Positions 27,479 to 37,504 are shown, counted from the stretch's first letter. The stretch: 64,000 nucleotides of DNA from an uncultured delta proteobacterium (GCA_963696385.1 CAVOKF010000005.1:448001-512000), one strand, 5' to 3'. The notes: a model not told the origin generated them from the sequence alone. A program made the numbers and translations.

Positions 27479-29476
27479 ATGTCCGATCTCGAACGACGCC
27501 GTGCGCGCATGGTCGATGCTCACCTCGCTCGACGGGGAATCGCAAACCCGAAGCTGCTGGAAGCCTTCCGTTTCGTCCCGCGGGAAGACTTCATCTCCGA
27601 GGATTTGGCCGAATTCGCGTACGACGATACGCCGCTGCCCATCGGCCAGGGGCAGACGATCTCGCAGCCGTACATCGTTGCGCTCACGATTGAAGCTCTC
27701 GGCCTGCAGGGCGGGGAACGCGTCCTCGAAGTGGGCACCGGATCGGGCTATGCAGCGGCCGTTCTGAGCCGCGTCGCCCGTGAGGTCTACACGATCGAGC
27801 GGGTCACTTCGCTCGCCGAATCGGCCCGAGAGCGGCTCTCGCGCCTCGGGTTCTCGAATGTCCGCGTCACGAGCGGCGACGGTTCGCTGGGTTGGCCAGA
27901 GCATGCGCCTTACGACGCAATTGCCGTCGCTGCCGGTGGCCCGAAGGCGCCGCCGGCCCTGCTCTCCCAGCTAGCTGTCGGCGGGCGTCTGGTGATCCCT
28001 GTGGGGAGCGACGACGCATCGCAAGTGCTCGTGCGGATCACGCGCGACAGCGAAACGGATTACAGGACCGAGCCGCTCACCGACGTCCGGTTCGTGCCGC
28101 TCATCGGCGAGCAGGCGTGGGGAGACGACGAGGCCAGGATCGTCGCGGCTCCGGCGCGCTCGCGCGGATCGGCCAATCTTCCGGCACTCGTTCGGGAAGC
28201 AGCGGAACCGATCGACGACATCGAAACGGCATCCATCGACGCTCTCATCGACCGGATCGGCGATGCGCGTCTGGTTCTGCTCGGCGAAGCGACGCACGGA
28301 ACAAGCGAATTTTATCGCATGCGTGCGCGCATCACCCAAGAGCTCATCGTACGTCGCGGCTTCCAGTTCGTGGCCGTGGAAGCCGACTGGCCCGATGCGG
28401 CGCGCATTGACGACTACGTGCTCGGCGGCCCGCGGCGGTCAAAGGTTGATTTCACGCCATTTACCCGGTTCCCGACGTGGATGTGGCGCAACGCCGAGGT
28501 GCACGACTTCGTGGACTGGCTGCGAGCGCACAACGCCGCGGACGAAGCGCACAAAGTCGGATTTCACGGCCTCGACCTCTACAGCCTGTTCACCTCGATC
28601 GCCGCCGTACTGGCGTACCTCGACGACGTCGATCCGGACGCCGCGAAGGTCGCACGGCACCGATACGGCGAGTTGACGCCGTGGCAGAAAGACCCTGCCG
28701 CGTACGGGGAAGCCGTCCTCGTGGGGCGCTACCGCAGCTCCGAGTCGGCGGTCGTCGCCATGTTGAGCGAGATGCTGGCGCGGCGGATCGACTATGCGCG
28801 ACAGGACGGCGAGCGTTTCTTCGATGCGGCCCAGAATGCGCGCCTCGTCGCCGACGCCGAGCATTATTACCGCGCGATGTATTACGGTTCAGCGATTTCC
28901 TGGAATCTGCGCGACACGCACATGTTCGAGACACTCAAGTCCCTGTTCGGATTTTATGGCCCCGATTCCAAAGGGATTGTCTGGGAGCACAACTCGCACG
29001 TGGGTGACGCGAGGGCGACCGAGATGAGTGCACGCGGCGAGCAAAACGTCGGCCAGCTGTCTCGAACATGGCTCCCGGAGGGGACGTACATCGTCGGCTT
29101 CGGTACCGATCACGGCACCGTGGCCGCTGCGTCGAACTGGGACCGACCCGTGGAGCGGATGCGGGTCGTGCCGGCTCGCGAGGGCAGCTACGAGCATCTC
29201 TTCCACCGGACCGATATGCGCGCGTTTGCGCTCCCCCTGCGGAGACCACTGCGCCGCGCGGTCCGCGAAGAGCTCGCGGCGCCTTTGCTGGAGCGCGCCA
29301 TCGGCGTCGTGTACCGGCCGCGGACGGAGCTGCAAAGCCACTACTTTTACGCGTCCCTTCCGCACCAATTCGACGAGTACATATGGTTCGACGAGACGCG
29401 CGCGGTGCGTCCTCTCGAAGCCGGGCCGGCTTCCGACCGGAGCGATAGGGCCGACACGTACCCTTTTGGCGTGTGA
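27479..29476 (+). CDS. pcm: Protein-L-isoaspartate O-methyltransferase fused to an erythromycin-esterase-family domain
   Basis: GQTISQPY, VLEVGTGSGY, APYDAI, VRFVPLIG; then LLGEATHGTSEFY, VEADWPD, WNLRDTHM, VWEHNSHVGD, ERAIGVVY. Confidence 0.92.
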   Translation: MSDLERRRARMVDAHLARRGIANPKLLEAFRFVPREDFISEDLAEFAYDDTPLPIGQGQTISQPYIVALTIEALGLQGGERVLEVGTGSGYAAAVLSRVAREVYTIERVTSLAESARERLSRLGFSNVRVTSGDGSLGWPEHAPYDAIAVAAGGPKAPPALLSQLAVGGRLVIPVGSDDASQVLVRITRDSETDYRTEPLTDVRFVPLIGEQAWGDDEARIVAAPARSRGSANLPALVREAAEPIDDIETASIDALIDRIGDARLVLLGEATHGTSEFYRMRARITQELIVRRGFQFVAVEADWPDAARIDDYVLGGPRRSKVDFTPFTRFPTWMWRNAEVHDFVDWLRAHNAADEAHKVGFHGLDLYSLFTSIAAVLAYLDDVDPDAAKVARHRYGELTPWQKDPAAYGEAVLVGRYRSSESAVVAMLSEMLARRIDYARQDGERFFDAAQNARLVADAEHYYRAMYYGSAISWNLRDTHMFETLKSLFGFYGPDSKGIVWEHNSHVGDARATEMSARGEQNVGQLSRTWLPEGTYIVGFGTDHGTVAAASNWDRPVERMRVVPAREGSYEHLFHRTDMRAFALPLRRPLRRAVREELAAPLLERAIGVVYRPRTELQSHYFYASLPHQFDEYIWFDETRAVRPLEAGPASDRSDRADTYPFGV

Positions 29477-29524
29477 CGGCGGCCGCTCCAGTTAGTCGCG
29501 CCAGTCGGTACAGCGCCCTGTTAA

Positions 29525-29638
29525 GGGGTACCCAGCTGCGCTGCGTACGGGAGCGTTGCAGGCTGGCACTGTACTAAGATGATTTCTTTGGGGCTTCGCC
29601 CCAACCCCCCAATCGCCTCCCGGCGATTGCGGTACCCC
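29525..29638. repeat. 114-bp element with 8-bp terminal inverted repeats and two internal hairpins
   Basis: GGGGTACC...GGTACCCC; TTGGGGC-TTC-GCCCCAA (29588-29604); CAATCGCC-TCCC-GGCGATTG (29610-29629). Confidence 0.6.
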
Positions 29639-29753
29639 GCCCAGCGGATCGCTTTGTTCTGAGGCGGTGTACTCACGCGGGCTCGCGAGTCCCTGGCGAA
29701 CGTGTGGGATAGCGGTTCTGCGCGTCGGGCCGGCCCTCGCTCGGCATCCGACT

Positions 29754-30302
29754 TCAGGGCGACAGTTCCATCAGACTGTCGATCTCGTGGCGTGGTTTCG
29801 GGCTCGCCGTTCGCGCCCGCATTTTGACGTACTGCGGATCGTCTCGCTTGATTACCCACGATCCCCCACTTCCCAGGCACTGTCCACGGTAGGTGTCGTC
29901 TCCTTCGAGTGTGGCAACGTCGTAATAGTATCCCACGGCCTGAGTCGCCGGCTCAGCGTCATTGTCCAGGTCGGAACGTGTGCACGAAGCAAAGACGAAG
30001 GAATTCGGGAATGTCTTGGCGCAAGTCGATTTCAGCACCACGAAGCCCCTTGCCTCCAGCTTCCCAGGGTTGATCTCGTGGCCCGCTCGGAAGGTCACGT
30101 CTGCGCAATTGTCAAGTGTGTTTCCGCTTGAAAACTTCGCAATCGAAAACGTGGTGTGGGGTGCAGTCAAGAAGGAGCCGGGGGGGCTCGATGGCTCCGG
30201 TGGACGAACTCCGCCGTCGAGCAAGCCGACGAGCCCTCGAACGCCGAGCACGACGACGAAGATGCCTAGGACAGCCGCGCCGATATTTCTTGCGTAGCGC
30301 AT
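29754..30302 (-). CDS. Hypothetical membrane-anchored or exported protein
   Basis: N-terminal hydrophobic helix followed by a domain with four cysteines. Confidence 0.7.
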   Translation of the reverse strand: MRYARNIGAAVLGIFVVVLGVRGLVGLLDGGVRPPEPSSPPGSFLTAPHTTFSIAKFSSGNTLDNCADVTFRAGHEINPGKLEARGFVVLKSTCAKTFPNSFVFASCTRSDLDNDAEPATQAVGYYYDVATLEGDDTYRGQCLGSGGSWVIKRDDPQYVKMRARTASPKPRHEIDSLMELSP

Positions 30303-30598
30303 CGGACGGGACACTCTACGCCAGGAACGTCCCGGGGCGCCCCGGCATTTGCCGGGCGACGCGGGTCCAGCGTGCTTGCGAGTACGACGCGTGCCGCGCG
30401 GGCCCACCGTGCTTGCACTGGACCCGTCGGCGGGGCGTTGCGATCGCCGCGTCCCGAGGGCACATTGGAGAGTAGGACCTTCCTGACGAATTGCGTATGT
30501 TGGGAAAAGCACGTGGCAAGCCGCAGGCACTCCCCACCTGGCTTCCTTCTGGGCATTTGCGCTCGCAGCGGATCCCATGTTTACAAGCAAAATTGCGC

Positions 30599-30614
30599 CG
30601 GCACGATAATTGCG
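30599..30614 (+). promoter_or_regulatory. Sigma54 (-24/-12) promoter
   Basis: CGGCAC-GATAA-TTGCG in an AT-richer intergenic stretch, 170 nt upstream of the DUF1592 gene. Confidence 0.6.
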
Positions 30615-30784
30615 ATTTTAATTGAGCCGTTTCTCGAGGCAGGCGCCTCTGCACATCGAAGGGGTACGGCGTTGCCGGCGAAGGGCCCGTCCTCTGGGCA
30701 GCGCGCTGTAAAACGGTTGTCACACTGCAATCCATGCTTTGGCGCGTCCAAGGCAGTGCCACATTGATGGAGAATGGAGCCCAC

Positions 30785-32626
30785 ATGCTTCAACGAAATG
30801 TCTGGCGATCTCGGTTCGGGCAGGTGGGCTGGCCGGCGCTCGCGCTGGCGGTGGCGGCGTGTACGGGTGTCATCGGCACGGCTCCTGGGGATCCGGGAAC
30901 GGGTCCTGGCCAGGCGGGGGGCCAGAGTCCGGGCTCGGCGGCGGCCGGGCCGACGGGTGCTGCGGTGGGTGCTGCAGGAGGCGGGGTGACGACAGCGGAG
31001 CCGCGCGATCCGGGGCGCGTGACCATTCGGCGATTGAACCGAGCGGAGTACGACAACACCGTTCACGACTTGCTCGGGACATCGCAGACGCCCGGCGCAT
31101 CGACGTTTCCCGACGATGCTCCGGCCCTCGGGTTCGACAACAACGGCGACCTGCAAACGCTGTCGCCGGTTCAGTTCACGCTGTACCAGCAAGCGGCTGA
31201 ATCGCTGGCGGCCGAGGCGATGACGCCGGGCACGGCGGAGTACACGAACCTGGTGACCTGCGACCTGACCACCGGGACGTCCTGCGCTCAGACTCTCATC
31301 ACCAACTTCGGTCTGCGGGCGTTCCGGCGCCCGTTGACGTCGACCGAAGTCGCGAACTTCGTGGCTCTGATGGCGACGGCCGCACAAGAGGGAGCGACCG
31401 TCGACGTGCAGTTTCGCACGGTTCTCGAAGCGATGTTGCAGTCGCCGAACTTCCTGTTCCGTCCCGAATTCGATTCGGACCCGACGTCTCTGACGCCGCA
31501 CTTGCTCAGTCCGTACGAGACGGCGTCGCGCCTGTCCTACATGATGTACCGCAGCATGCCGGACCAGGCGCTGTTCGACGCGGCGGCTGCGGCCACGACG
31601 AACCCGGCAGCGGGCTCGCTTGCCACGGTGGCCGGCGTGCAGGCGCAGCTGCAGCGCATGCTCGCGGATCCGAAGGGGGTCTTCGCGCCGGTGTTCGCGT
31701 CCATGTGGCTGGGCACGAGCGTCGTGAGCACGCAGATGTTCGATGCGACGATGTTTCCGGAATTCAATACGAGCCTGGCGACTTCGATGTTGGGCGAGGT
31801 CAACGATTTTTTTGGCGAGTTCGTGACGGAGAACGAGCCGGTCTTGCAACTGCTGACCGCGAAGTTTTCCTACATCGACAGCAATCTGGCATCGCTCTAC
31901 GGAATTGCGGCACCGAGCGGAACGGGGCTGACGCGCATGACGTTGACGACGCCGGAGCGCGGCGGCGGGTTGCTCACGATGGCGGGCGTCCTGTCGGTCA
32001 CGTCGTACCCGACCCGAACGTCGATCGTGAAGCGGGGGGCCTGGGTGCTCAGCCAGTTGATGTGTTCTGCGCCTCCGCCCCCTCCGCCCAACGTGCCGCC
32101 CTTCCCGACCATTACGGTGGACGGGGGTACGCAAGAGCAGATCCTGGCGCTGCACAGCGCGAACCCGGCGTGCGCCGTGTGCCACGAGAGCATGGACAAC
32201 ATCGGAAGCGCGCTTGAAAATTACGATGCGGTCGGGGCCTGGCGAACGGAAGACAATGGGGAACCGGTCGATGCCGACGGCATGTTTGCCGGAGCGATCG
32301 CCGACCCCGACGGCGGCGTGGGTGCGAAGTTCACCGGCGGGATCCAGCTCGCGGCCGCGGTGGCGGCGGACCCCCGGTTCGTGCCGTGCGTCGCCCAGAA
32401 CGTGTTGACCTACTCGCTCGGTCGCGCGCTTGTCGCGACCGACACGCCGTACTTGGCCCAGATCACGACGCCTGCGCAGGGCGGCGGGGCCCTTGGAGTG
32501 GGTGACGTGCTGACCAACGTGGTGTCCAACGACACGTTCCGCATGCGTCGCGGAGATCCCACCCCTCTCCCGGACGGGGGAGACACGACCGACCCGACGA
32601 CCAACCTGGACGGAGGAACGCAATGA
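30785..32626 (+). CDS. DUF1587/1595/1592/1588/1585 lipoprotein with one CxxCH
   Basis: VAAC lipobox; RRLNRAEYDNTVHDLLG, AFRRPL, LQSPNFLFR, ASRLSY, RTSIVKRGAWV, CAVCH, LENYDAVGAWR. Confidence 0.92.
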   Translation: MLQRNVWRSRFGQVGWPALALAVAACTGVIGTAPGDPGTGPGQAGGQSPGSAAAGPTGAAVGAAGGGVTTAEPRDPGRVTIRRLNRAEYDNTVHDLLGTSQTPGASTFPDDAPALGFDNNGDLQTLSPVQFTLYQQAAESLAAEAMTPGTAEYTNLVTCDLTTGTSCAQTLITNFGLRAFRRPLTSTEVANFVALMATAAQEGATVDVQFRTVLEAMLQSPNFLFRPEFDSDPTSLTPHLLSPYETASRLSYMMYRSMPDQALFDAAAAATTNPAAGSLATVAGVQAQLQRMLADPKGVFAPVFASMWLGTSVVSTQMFDATMFPEFNTSLATSMLGEVNDFFGEFVTENEPVLQLLTAKFSYIDSNLASLYGIAAPSGTGLTRMTLTTPERGGGLLTMAGVLSVTSYPTRTSIVKRGAWVLSQLMCSAPPPPPPNVPPFPTITVDGGTQEQILALHSANPACAVCHESMDNIGSALENYDAVGAWRTEDNGEPVDADGMFAGAIADPDGGVGAKFTGGIQLAAAVAADPRFVPCVAQNVLTYSLGRALVATDTPYLAQITTPAQGGGALGVGDVLTNVVSNDTFRMRRGDPTPLPDGGDTTDPTTNLDGGTQ

Positions 32627-34131
32627 GCATCACCCGCATTCGCGATAAGAACGTGACCTTCGACGCGAAGGCGCTGGCCGCCGAACGGCGCAACCCCCGC
32701 CGGCCGTTGGTGACTCGACGAGCGATCTTACGGGCTGCGGCGGCGTCGATCACGCTGCCGGTGCTCGAGTCGCTTCTCACGCGCTCGGAAGCGCGGGCGC
32801 AAGCCGCCTCGCCGCCCATCCGATTTATGAGCTGGTACCTGCCTTGCGGCGTCTGGGGTCCGAGCTGGTTCCCGGCCGATACGGGCGTCAACTACACGCT
32901 GAGCTCGACGCTTGCGTCGCTCGCTCCGGTCAAGAGCAAACTGCTGGTGTTTTCGGGCATCCAAAACACACCGGCGGTCAACCCGCAGGGATCGCACGGC
33001 TGTGGGGCCCCGGGCATGACCACGTGCATGCAGGGCCAGAAGCCGCAGATCCAGGTGGGCATTTCCGTCGATCAGGTCTACGCGCAGTCGCTGGGCACGG
33101 CCACGGTCATCCCGTCGATGCAGATTAGCGGCACGACGTCGACCTTCTCGGATACGTCGTACCCGTCGGTGTACAACGGCACGACGTCCTGGGCGAGCGC
33201 GACCCAGCCGCTTCCGCCGGTGTCCAATCCGGCGACCATTTTCAACCAGATCTTTGCCAATACCTCGCCCTCGGGCGACGCCGGCTCGGCCGATGCGTCG
33301 GCCGCGCTCGCGATGCGCAAGGCGCTGCGCAAGAGCGTTCTCGACGAAGTGACGGGCGAAGCCAATTCACTGGTCGCTCGGTTGGGGACGACCGACCGCC
33401 TCAAGGTCGACGAGTACTTGACGAGCGTTCGGGCCGCGGAATTGGCGGTTGAAGCGTCGATGTCGAACACGGTCTCGACCTGCGCCCCGGTCAACGCGGA
33501 TGGCGGAGTGATGACCTCGCCGTCGTTGCCGACGGGCCCTCTGACCAACGGCAACGGGTATCCCATTGCCGACCCGCCGACGCTCACGGCGACGATGATT
33601 CAGCTCATGGCGCTGGCGTTTCAGTGCGACGCCACACGGGTCATCAACTACCAGCAGATGAACGGCGGGCACTCCTCGTATTCGAGTTTGCCCTGGCTCA
33701 ACATCGACCAAGATCACCACGGCCTTTCGCACCACAACGGCAACGTCGCGACCGGCGCGCTGCTGGCTCAGATCGAGGCGTGGGAGATCTCGATGTTCTC
33801 GTCGTTCCTGCAGAAATTGAACGCGATGCCGGAAGGCAGCGGGACGGTACTCGACAACAGCATCATCTTCCTGTCCAACGAAATCTCCGACGGCAACGCG
33901 CACAATCAAGGCACGACCACCTACAGCACGGTGCCCACGTTCACCGCGGCGACGGGCAAGCCCATCCTGATCGCGGGGACTGCCGGCGGAAAACTCATCA
34001 CCGGGCAACAGATCTCGTACAACGCCGAGCCTCAGGCCAACCTGTTTATCACCCTGCTCAATACGCTCGGCGTGCCGACCACGACCTTCGGCGCGGCCGG
34101 CACCGCCCCGCTCACAGGCCTGACGGCCTGA
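32623..34131 (+). CDS. DUF1552 (HXXSHH) Tat-exported protein
   Basis: TRRAILRAAAASITLPVLESL twin-arginine signal; SVDQ, KSVLD, AFQCDATRV, HHGLSHH, TVLDNS; ATGA overlap. Confidence 0.92.
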   Translation: MSITRIRDKNVTFDAKALAAERRNPRRPLVTRRAILRAAAASITLPVLESLLTRSEARAQAASPPIRFMSWYLPCGVWGPSWFPADTGVNYTLSSTLASLAPVKSKLLVFSGIQNTPAVNPQGSHGCGAPGMTTCMQGQKPQIQVGISVDQVYAQSLGTATVIPSMQISGTTSTFSDTSYPSVYNGTTSWASATQPLPPVSNPATIFNQIFANTSPSGDAGSADASAALAMRKALRKSVLDEVTGEANSLVARLGTTDRLKVDEYLTSVRAAELAVEASMSNTVSTCAPVNADGGVMTSPSLPTGPLTNGNGYPIADPPTLTATMIQLMALAFQCDATRVINYQQMNGGHSSYSSLPWLNIDQDHHGLSHHNGNVATGALLAQIEAWEISMFSSFLQKLNAMPEGSGTVLDNSIIFLSNEISDGNAHNQGTTTYSTVPTFTAATGKPILIAGTAGGKLITGQQISYNAEPQANLFITLLNTLGVPTTTFGAAGTAPLTGLTA

Positions 34132-34249
34132 AAGCCCGACTCGCCGCCAGGCAACGCGCGGCGCCGACCGACATCGCGGAGGGGGGGCTCCCGCTTCGAG
34201 GCCCTGCTTGGCCAGCGGCTACGTCGTCGCGTCGCCATGGGTTCCCTTC

Positions 34250-35035
34250 TCAGGGAAGCACAATCCGACCGGGCGCGCAGTTGTCGCCGCCTTGGGTGTG
34301 GCAGAAGTTGCAGTCGGCATTCGTCTGCGGTGCCGTCATGGCGTTGGACTTTCCCTGGTACGAGACGACGGCCGTGAAGGGCATGACAACCGTCTGATCC
34401 GAGTAGAAATTTCCGACCGAGTTTGGGGTCAATGCAATCTTGTTGTTCTGAGCGTCCGTCAAAACCACGGTTGCGCCCTGAACGTCGACGCCGTCGCAGT
34501 AGTCCGGTTCGTGGGCCGTTGGATACACCGTCCCACCGATTGTGAACTGCAACCCATGACAATTGTAGCAGGAATAGCCAGGCTCCATGGTCGGGCCATA
34601 TCCAGACATGTACGTTTTACCGCTCGTGCACTCGACGGGCGTGTTGAACTGCACTCCGCCATCGGTCGGTACTGGCGAGCACGCCATGGAAGAGGACGAT
34701 GAGCTCGTGTCGGACGACGGACCCTCGGCGGACGTGTTCGCGCTGGATGACACACTCGCGCTGGATGACACACTCGCGCTGGACCCAGTTGCAACTCCGC
34801 CCAGATACGCCGGTGCGGAGCCGCCGATCACGAGAGGCGTATTCGTCGAGCTCGAAACGCCTCCCGCTTCACCCGCGTCCGCGCCGACGGTAGCCATAGA
34901 CGTTGCGGGCACCCCATTGCCGTCAGGCATGTCGACGGTTGCAGGGATGTCGACGGCAGGCCCCAGGGAGCAGCCACCGACAGCGGTCCCGAGAACCGCG
35001 GCGAGGCGCCAGCCGCTTGTCCGCAGCAAGCTCAT
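34250..35035 (-). CDS. Lipoprotein with two CxxCH motifs (putative dihaem cytochrome c)
   Basis: VGGC lipobox; Ser-rich linker; MEPGYSCYNCH and ADCNFCH. Confidence 0.82.
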   Translation of the reverse strand: MSLLRTSGWRLAAVLGTAVGGCSLGPAVDIPATVDMPDGNGVPATSMATVGADAGEAGGVSSSTNTPLVIGGSAPAYLGGVATGSSASVSSSASVSSSANTSAEGPSSDTSSSSSSMACSPVPTDGGVQFNTPVECTSGKTYMSGYGPTMEPGYSCYNCHGLQFTIGGTVYPTAHEPDYCDGVDVQGATVVLTDAQNNKIALTPNSVGNFYSDQTVVMPFTAVVSYQGKSNAMTAPQTNADCNFCHTQGGDNCAPGRIVLP

Positions 35036-35502
35036 GAGCTGCAGTCCACGATGCAGTCGAAACGTCGGCGTTTCGAGCATACGGGACGCGCGTCGCGTCG
35101 CGGACGCAAACGACGGATCGATTCATCGTCAACGCAGAGTTCTGGTGTGAATACCATAAGAGCGAAGCTCCCGGATGCACGCGTGGGACAACCCCTGGGT
35201 GCAGTGCCATGGGGGCAAGGCTTCGGCTCAGGCCCGCACGGGGATTCTGCGCACAGGCTTTGCCAATTCGGGAGCGATCCCGGTGGTGCGGAGCGACCAA
35301 GCTCGCCGGCATGCGACGCCGAGCTTGAAGCGGAGGTTTATCACGGCTCCGATGATCCGGCCGCCGCCTGGGGTTCTGTGTCAGACTTGGCCCTGGCGGG
35401 CGCCGTGGGTGCGGCGCGTGGGCGCCGCGTGGGTCGTGCGTGGCTACTAGCCCGGTATAAGAGTGGGATCACCCCGGGCCAGTCCAATGGAAAGGAAGCC
35501 GG

Positions 35503-36087
35503 GTGAGGCGAATCGGTATCGCTGGGGGCGCTCTGGGGATGCTCGCATGGGTCGGTGCGGGATGCGGGTCCCCGGCCGCTGAAGGCACGGCTGCCTGTGC
35601 GCCGGCGTGCGGGTTGGAGCTGGTGTGCGATCGGAGCGAGCAGGCGTGCGTCGACCCCAACTGGGCCGAGTGGCCCATGCCCAATGCTCAGGTCGATGTG
35701 ACGGCGGGGGCTCCCAACCCGGAAAGCTACACCGACAACGGGGACGGCACCGTCACCGACAATGTGACCGGTCTCGTCTGGCAGCAGTCGGCACCCCTGA
35801 TCCAGTACACCCAGACGGCGGCTCTCGCGCATTGTGCCGCGCTGAGCCTGGGCGGCCATGCCGATTGGCGCCTTCCATCGGTCGTCGAGTTGGTCTCCAT
35901 CGTCGACTCGACCACGTACAATCCGAGCATAGACGGCACGGTCTTTCCCGGCACGCCAGTGGACTACTTCTGGTCTTCGACGCCCTATGCGGGTGCCGCC
36001 GACAGCGCGTGGGGCGTCTACTTCAACAACGGCTACACGGACTATAACGGGGTGTCGATTATTTACTCCGTTCGTTGCGTTCGTTGA
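35503..36087 (+). CDS. DUF1566 (Lcl C-terminal) domain lipoprotein
   Basis: GAGC lipobox; DNGDGTVTDNVTGLVWQQ, DWRLPSVVEL, FWSST, VRCVR. Confidence 0.9.
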   Translation: MRRIGIAGGALGMLAWVGAGCGSPAAEGTAACAPACGLELVCDRSEQACVDPNWAEWPMPNAQVDVTAGAPNPESYTDNGDGTVTDNVTGLVWQQSAPLIQYTQTAALAHCAALSLGGHADWRLPSVVELVSIVDSTTYNPSIDGTVFPGTPVDYFWSSTPYAGAADSAWGVYFNNGYTDYNGVSIIYSVRCVR

Positions 36088-36119
36088 CGATGCGCGTTCT
36101 GAAGACAAGAGGACATCCC

Positions 36120-36581
36120 ATGAAGCGTCCTGGTGCCCGTCTTTTCGTCGTTGCGGTTTTCGCTGCGGTCCTTGCGACTGGAGTTGCGGGTCGCGCGTCC
36201 GCGCCGGCCGGGCACTATGCGACGGCCAACGGTACCGTTTACGACACCAAGACGAAGCTCACGTGGCAGCAAGCCGCTTCGTCCTCGACCTACACGCAGC
36301 CGGCCGCTGTGAGTTATTGCGCGGCGCTGGCCCTGAACGGTGCGACATGGCGCCTTCCGACGATGAAGGAGCTTCTGACGATTGTGGACCTTTCGGTGTC
36401 CCCCCCGGGGCCGACGATCGATTCCACGGCGTTTCCCGGCACCCCGCCGGACTACTTTTGGTCCTCGACGCCGTATGCCGGCACGGTCGGCAGCGCGTGG
36501 TCCGTCCTTTTCTACTATGGACTCTCGTATGGCAACGACGTGACGAATACGAGCTACGTTCGTTGCGTGCAGGCGGGATGA
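36120..36581 (+). CDS. DUF1566 domain exported protein
   Basis: GTVYDTKTKLTWQQ, WRLPTMKEL, FWSSTPYAG, VRCV; AGAGG RBS. Confidence 0.9.
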   Translation: MKRPGARLFVVAVFAAVLATGVAGRASAPAGHYATANGTVYDTKTKLTWQQAASSSTYTQPAAVSYCAALALNGATWRLPTMKELLTIVDLSVSPPGPTIDSTAFPGTPPDYFWSSTPYAGTVGSAWSVLFYYGLSYGNDVTNTSYVRCVQAG

Positions 36582-36648
36582 CCCGCCGGCGATTGGATCG
36601 TTGGGAGCCGTCGTGTGGACCCTGATCGGCTCGGGCGAGGACGGTTGT

Positions 36649-37494
36649 CTACCGGCCCAACCGCGCGCAGTCGCTTTGCCGGCCGAGAGGCACCAAGGTC
36701 GCGCCGCCGAAAAGCTGCCCGTGCAAGGCGTGAGACGAACAATCCCGCGCGCCTCCGTCGAACGCGTATCCGGCGACAAGTGTGGGATCCGTGCAGTCTC
36801 CCAACGGTGCTCCATCCGCGATTTCGTGGACCGACAGCACTCGGCTCCACAGGCCGACCTCGTCGATGAATCCGTGGAAATAACGTCCGTTGAAGGTCAG
36901 GCTCTCCCCGATCGTGATCGGACCTTCGTTGCCGACGCGGGCGACTCCCGGGATCGGTCGCTGGGCTTCGAGGACTCCATCGACATAAAGGGCGATCCGA
37001 TCGCCGGCGCGATACGTCGCGACCACCTGATGCCACGCACGCAGAGCGACGGCCGACGTCGAGATCACCGTGTTGGGTCGGCCGATCGCGACGTAGAAGT
37101 GAAAGCGGTTGTCGGGCTCGGCCAGCAGGTCGAGGTCTCGGGCGAAGCCCGACTTGCCGACGATATGGAACATGCGGCCGGCCGTCGAAGGCAACTCGTC
37201 GAAGTAGACCCATGCCGAAAGCGTCGCCTCGACGGCGAACGGGTCGGCAATCGGCACGGGCGCCGCCAAGTAACCGCCGGCGCCGTTGAGCGCGAGCGCT
37301 AGGTTGCACTCCTTCGTGGCGTCGTCGGTGTTCGTGCGTTCTCGACGCACGGACCGCTCTGCGGTCGGCACGGCAGCCGCGGTCTCGGCGGGCGCGCTCT
37401 CGACCCCGGGCCATTCCGCTTCGCCCGGCGTGCAACCTGCGATCGCGGCACCGAAAGCCGTGACGATGACTCGGCAAAGGTCAGGTGGCCCCAT
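36649..37494 (-). CDS. LamG/concanavalin-like domain lipoprotein
   Basis: IAGC lipobox; TLSAWV, WHQVVATY, LYVDG, FHGFIDEVGLWSRVLS. Confidence 0.85.
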   Translation of the reverse strand: MGPPDLCRVIVTAFGAAIAGCTPGEAEWPGVESAPAETAAAVPTAERSVRRERTNTDDATKECNLALALNGAGGYLAAPVPIADPFAVEATLSAWVYFDELPSTAGRMFHIVGKSGFARDLDLLAEPDNRFHFYVAIGRPNTVISTSAVALRAWHQVVATYRAGDRIALYVDGVLEAQRPIPGVARVGNEGPITIGESLTFNGRYFHGFIDEVGLWSRVLSVHEIADGAPLGDCTDPTLVAGYAFDGGARDCSSHALHGQLFGGATLVPLGRQSDCARLGR

Positions 37495-37504
37495 GGCACG
37501 GTCG

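Noticed and set aside
24938..29476. Antibiotic-resistance cluster (beta-lactamase-like plus erythromycin-esterase-like)
   Set aside because: Both belong to broad hydrolase families and nothing in the sequence indicates resistance.
34133..34148. 16-bp match AGCCCGACTCGCCGCC to the reverse complement of 40720-40735
   Set aside because: A few 16-mer matches are expected by chance in 64 kb at this GC content, and the match does not extend.
34738..34783. 18-bp tandem repeat in the cytochrome gene
   Set aside because: Ordinary in-frame expansion of a Ser-rich linker.
35102..35130. GGACGCAAA resembling a c-di-GMP-I riboswitch segment
   Set aside because: The upstream GNRA-capped stem and the other conserved elements are missing.
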